Shown: one piece after another, positions 60,345-64,000 of the stretch
Numbering within the stretch: the stretch's first letter is position 1
Layout of the letters: the number at the start of each line of letters is the position of its first letter
Made by a program: the position numbers and the translations under genes
Origin: Macrostomum lignano
Lineage: Eukaryota
DNA length: 64,000 nt
Direction: 5' to 3'
Assembly: GCA_002269645.1 (NCBI GenBank)
Contig: NIVC01002686.1
Location: 85,836-149,835 of the forward strand
The notes under the pieces: generated by a model
Databases searched by the model: none
What the model was told of the DNA's origin: nothing
Seen by the model: only the letters and a program-made list of their open reading frames with translations

Positions 60345-61205
60345 GAGCGATTCTTGACGATCTAGGGGCGATTCTTGACGATCTAGGGGCGATTCTTGAT
60401 GATCTAGGGGCGATCCCTGACGACCTAGGGGCGATTCTCGGTGATTTAAGGGCGATTCTTGATGATCTAGGGGCGATTCTTGACGATCTAGGGGCGATTC
60501 TTGATGATCTAGGGGCGATCCCTGACGACCTAGGGGCGATTCTCGGTGATTTAAGGGCGATTCTTGATGACCTAGGGGCGATTCTTGATGATCTAGGGGC
60601 GATCCCTGACGACCTAGGGGCGATTCTCGGTGATTTAAGGGCGATTCTTGATGACCTAGGGGCGATTCTTGATGATCTAGGGGCGATTCTTGACGACCTA
60701 GGGGCGATACTTGATGATCTAGGGGCGATTCCTGACGACCTAGGGGCGATTCTCGGTGATTTAAGGGCGATTCTTGATGACCTAGGGGCGATTCTTGATG
60801 ATCTAGGGGCGATTCTTGACGACCTAGGGGCGATACTTGATGATCTAGGGGCGATTCCTGACGACCTAGGGGCGATTCTCGGTGATTTAAGGGCGATTCT
60901 TGATGATTTAGGGGCGATTCCTGACGACCTAGGGGCGATTCTCGGTTATTTAAGGGCGATTCTTGATGACCTAGGGGTGATTCTTGATGATTTAGGGGCG
61001 ATTTTTGAGGATCTAAGGGCGATTTTTTATTTAGGAGCGATTCTTGATGATTTAAGGGCGATTCTTGAGGATCTAAGGGCGATTTTTTACTTAGGAGCGA
61101 TTCTTGAGGATCTAGGGGCGATTCTCGATGATTTAAGGGCGATTATCAATGATTTAGAGGCGATTCTAGGTGATTTAGGGGCGATTTTATCATTTAGAGG
61201 TGATT
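60345..61205. repeat. 21-bp minisatellite upstream of XYLT
   Basis: ggggcgattcttga(t/c)gatcta. Confidence 0.95.
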
Positions 61206-61760
61206 ATTAACATAGATTAACCGATTTTTGAGCGATCAGTGGCGATTCCAGCGGAGGTCAGAGGCAATTTTCATAGGGATCAGGGGCGATTTTTAATGGG
61301 GTTAATCTTGCGATTCTAGACTAAAGATAACTCGAATTCTAAAAGTCCTAACTGAATTACTAGCAAAGGGGTAATTAATAAACATTTGAGTCTATCTTGT
61401 TCTATTTTTATAGCTGCGTAGTTGAGATAAAAGTACAAATTACACAATCTGCTGACTCAAAACTTAATTACAGTTAAAAAATTTATTTAACACATTTAGG
61501 ATTAAGATAAGCACTGGAAGATGCAATGATGCGGCAATAAAGTTACACTATCCGAAAAAGGAATTTAATTCGGCGCACGAGAACACGGTATGTTATAAGA
61601 AAGACATAAGCACAGAAGCATGCGTGCGAGCAGTTGATAAATGAAAATTAGGCATAAACTATTGAATTATTAGTTAACAGAACTAATTGGCTATCTCATG
61701 CATCTGAGGTAGACAAAGCTTGAGCTCATCTGCCATCACATTTTTCCAAGAGTTTGAATT

Positions 61761-62213
61761 CAGCTGAAATGACCCCCATTAGCTAGTTAGGTACACTAAT
61801 CTAGCTGAAATGACCCCCATTAGCTAGTTAGGTACACTAATCTAGCTGAAATGACCCCATTAGCTAGTTAGGTACACTAATCTAGCTGAAATGACCCCCA
61901 TTAGCTAGTTAGGTATACTAATCTAGCTGAAATGACCCCCATTAGCTAGTTAGGTAAACTAATCTAGCTGAAATGACCCCCATTAGCTAGTTAGGTACAC
62001 TAATCAAACTGAAATGACCCCCATTAGCTAGTTACATGTAGGTACACTAATCTAGCTGAAATGACCTCCATTAGCTAGTTAAGTACACTAATCTATCTCC
62101 CATTGGCTCATTAGGTACCTTCATCTAGCTCCCATTAGCTCATTAGGTACATTAATCGCGCTCCCGCCTCAATCTGCCTCCGCTGCCAGATTCCCAAACG
62201 TGCGCCTAATGCG
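61761..62213 (+). repeat. Inverted duplication of the XYLT intron 1 3' end plus 24 nt of exon 2
   Basis: 62101-62213 is the exact reverse complement of 58450-58562 (unique sequence); the rest is ~8 diverged 40/41-bp units. Confidence 0.95.
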
Positions 62214-62244
62214 TATTACAAAGATGATTGACAGCTTATTTAAA

Positions 62245-62715
62245 CCCTTCACAATCTACTCAACAATCTTACCTGCAATCTACTCAACAATCTTCGCTAC
62301 AATCTACTCAACAATATCCCTACAATCTACTCAACAATATCCCTACAATCTACTCAACAATCTCCCTACAATCTACTCAACAATCTCCGTACAATCTATT
62401 CAACAATCTACCTGCAATCTACTCAACAATCTACCTGCAATCTACTCAACAATCTCCGTACAATCTATTCAACAATCTCCGTACAATCTACTCAACAATC
62501 TCCGTACAATCTACTCAACAATCTCCGTACAATCTATTCAACAATCTCTACAATCTACTCAACAATCTTACCTGCAATCTACTCAACAATCTCCGTACAA
62601 TCTATTCAACAATCTCCGTACAATCTACTCAACAATCTCCGTACAATCTACTCAACAATCTCCGTACAATCTATTCAACAATCTCTACAATCTACTCAAC
62701 AATATTTTTACAATC
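62245..62715. repeat. ~23-bp minisatellite
   Basis: caatctactcaacaatctccgta. Confidence 0.92.
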
Positions 62716-62824
62716 TACTTAAGGAAATATTAAGGAAAATACTGGCCATACCACTGATCCTTAGCTATGTAGTAGAGAGCAGCAAGAGGTAAACATCGCA
62801 TATAAATTAATTAATCAACCTCTA

Positions 62825-63578
62825 TCATTCATCAGACGCCGGTTGCGCCAGCTGCCAGTCGCCAGAGTCGGCCACCTCGGGCAGTACAACCGGGAGAATC
62901 TGCAGACTGGCGTCGGCATCCAGCCTGGCCTGCAGATAGTGCAGCAGATCGGCAGGCTGTCCTGAACCAATGAGGCTGGGCTCGGCCATTTTGGAATCCA
63001 GATTATGATACTCATTGTTCGGGCCGCAGCGCCGGAGCGCCACCCAATGGCGGGAGCGGATTATCGGCAGCACGGAGCAGGCAGCCGATTGGTAATTGAT
63101 TAGGAAGCCTTCGATTCTGTCGGGCAGCAGGCAGGCGACGGTTTGCGCCGGTCGAACCAGACTAGGCGAAGGCCGCGGCTCTGCAAGGCGGCGTCCAACA
63201 CGTTAGCGTCGTAGTTGCCAAGGCCGAGGGGATTCCGATGAGGATTTAGCAGCCAGGTCTGTCGGGAGAGATAGCGGGCCCGGCGACGGGTGTACTTTTA
63301 ATAATGATATTATATTAAAGGATATTGAATGAGCATAGGTTAGTGACCCATGTAGGCATAGATAGGTATCTAAGCAGTGCACACGGTAACCTGAGTCAGT
63401 AAGGGCGATAAGCAAGCTAATAACCTGACCTGTTGCGGCGACAAAGACTGGCACAGCTGGTCAAACTGGCTCTGAGTGAACTCTGGCCGTTGCAGAAGAT
63501 TATTAGCGCGTGCACCGCGCATAATAATAGTCGCTGGCGCTCGTGATAGGGCGCCGCCTGCTGGGCGTGCGAATTCAT
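62825..63578 (-). CDS. JOSD: Josephin-domain deubiquitinase (JOSD1/2-like), 2 exons, with two apparent 1-bp deletions
   Basis: Exons 63578-63430 and 63258-62825; PYHERQRLLLCAVHAL[NN], GLGNYDANV, VWFDRRK, RHWVALR, NLDSK, so the catalytic Cys/His/Asp are present; frame breaks at ~63503 and ~63141. Confidence 0.88.
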
Positions 63579-63702
63579 TGCGCTATCTACGGCTGCAGCT
63601 GAAGCTGTTAGAGGGCGGCTTGCAGGCTAATGCTTTCTGCTTGACCTGGAAAAGCAACAGCTGATGTAAGTGATTGAAAATCTAGCGTAGCTCGAACATG
63701 TC

Positions 63703-63795
<93 letters not shown>

Positions 63796-63839
63796 TAGGT
63801 AGTAGTAGTAGTAGTAGTTAGTAGTAGTAGGTAGTAGTT

Positions 63840-63926
<87 letters not shown>

Positions 63927-64000
63927 TAGTAGTAGTAGTAGTAGTAGTATAGTAGTAGTAGTAGTAGTTAGTAGTGTAGTAGTAGTAGTAGTAGTAGTAG
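63703..64000. repeat. (AGT)n microsatellite running off the window end
   Basis: ~100 copies with occasional 1-bp irregularities. Confidence 0.97.

Noticed and set aside
63703-64000. Terminal (AGT)n as a telomere
   Set aside because: Not a TTAGGG-type unit; an ordinary trinucleotide microsatellite cut by the window edge

Overview
Eukaryotic genomic DNA. GC-rich exons, GT-AG introns largely filled with locus-specific minisatellites, and a divergent peptide-type GPCR suggest a free-living flatworm such as Macrostomum; this is inference from sequence style only. Bases 1-7415 hold the 3' part of an apparently intact Ty3/Gypsy LTR retrotransposon: gag with a CCHC knuckle, a -1 frameshift signal, PR-RT-RH-IN pol, an extra non-env ORF3 with its own TATA box, a PPT, and a 3' LTR followed by a second PBS. 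A decayed piggyBac with an in-frame Gly-Ala repeat expansion lies at 9.3-12.3 kb. Four plus-strand genes (an unknown 5-exon gene, PRDX5, an ADAP/centaurin-alpha-like gene, ABHD11) converge on four minus-strand genes (JOSD-like, xylosyltransferase, TAF2, a class A GPCR). More than 35 distinct tandem arrays occupy roughly 40% of the window by eye. The most unusual observations are the retroelement accessory ORF, arrays built from copies of a gene's own splice donor or acceptor, and two cases where an intronic array has an inverted copy upstream of the same gene, one carrying the splice acceptor and 24 nt of exon. Exon coordinates were derived by hand from splice signals, phase consistency and recalled homology. 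Repeat boundaries and copy numbers are approximate. No database searches were run.
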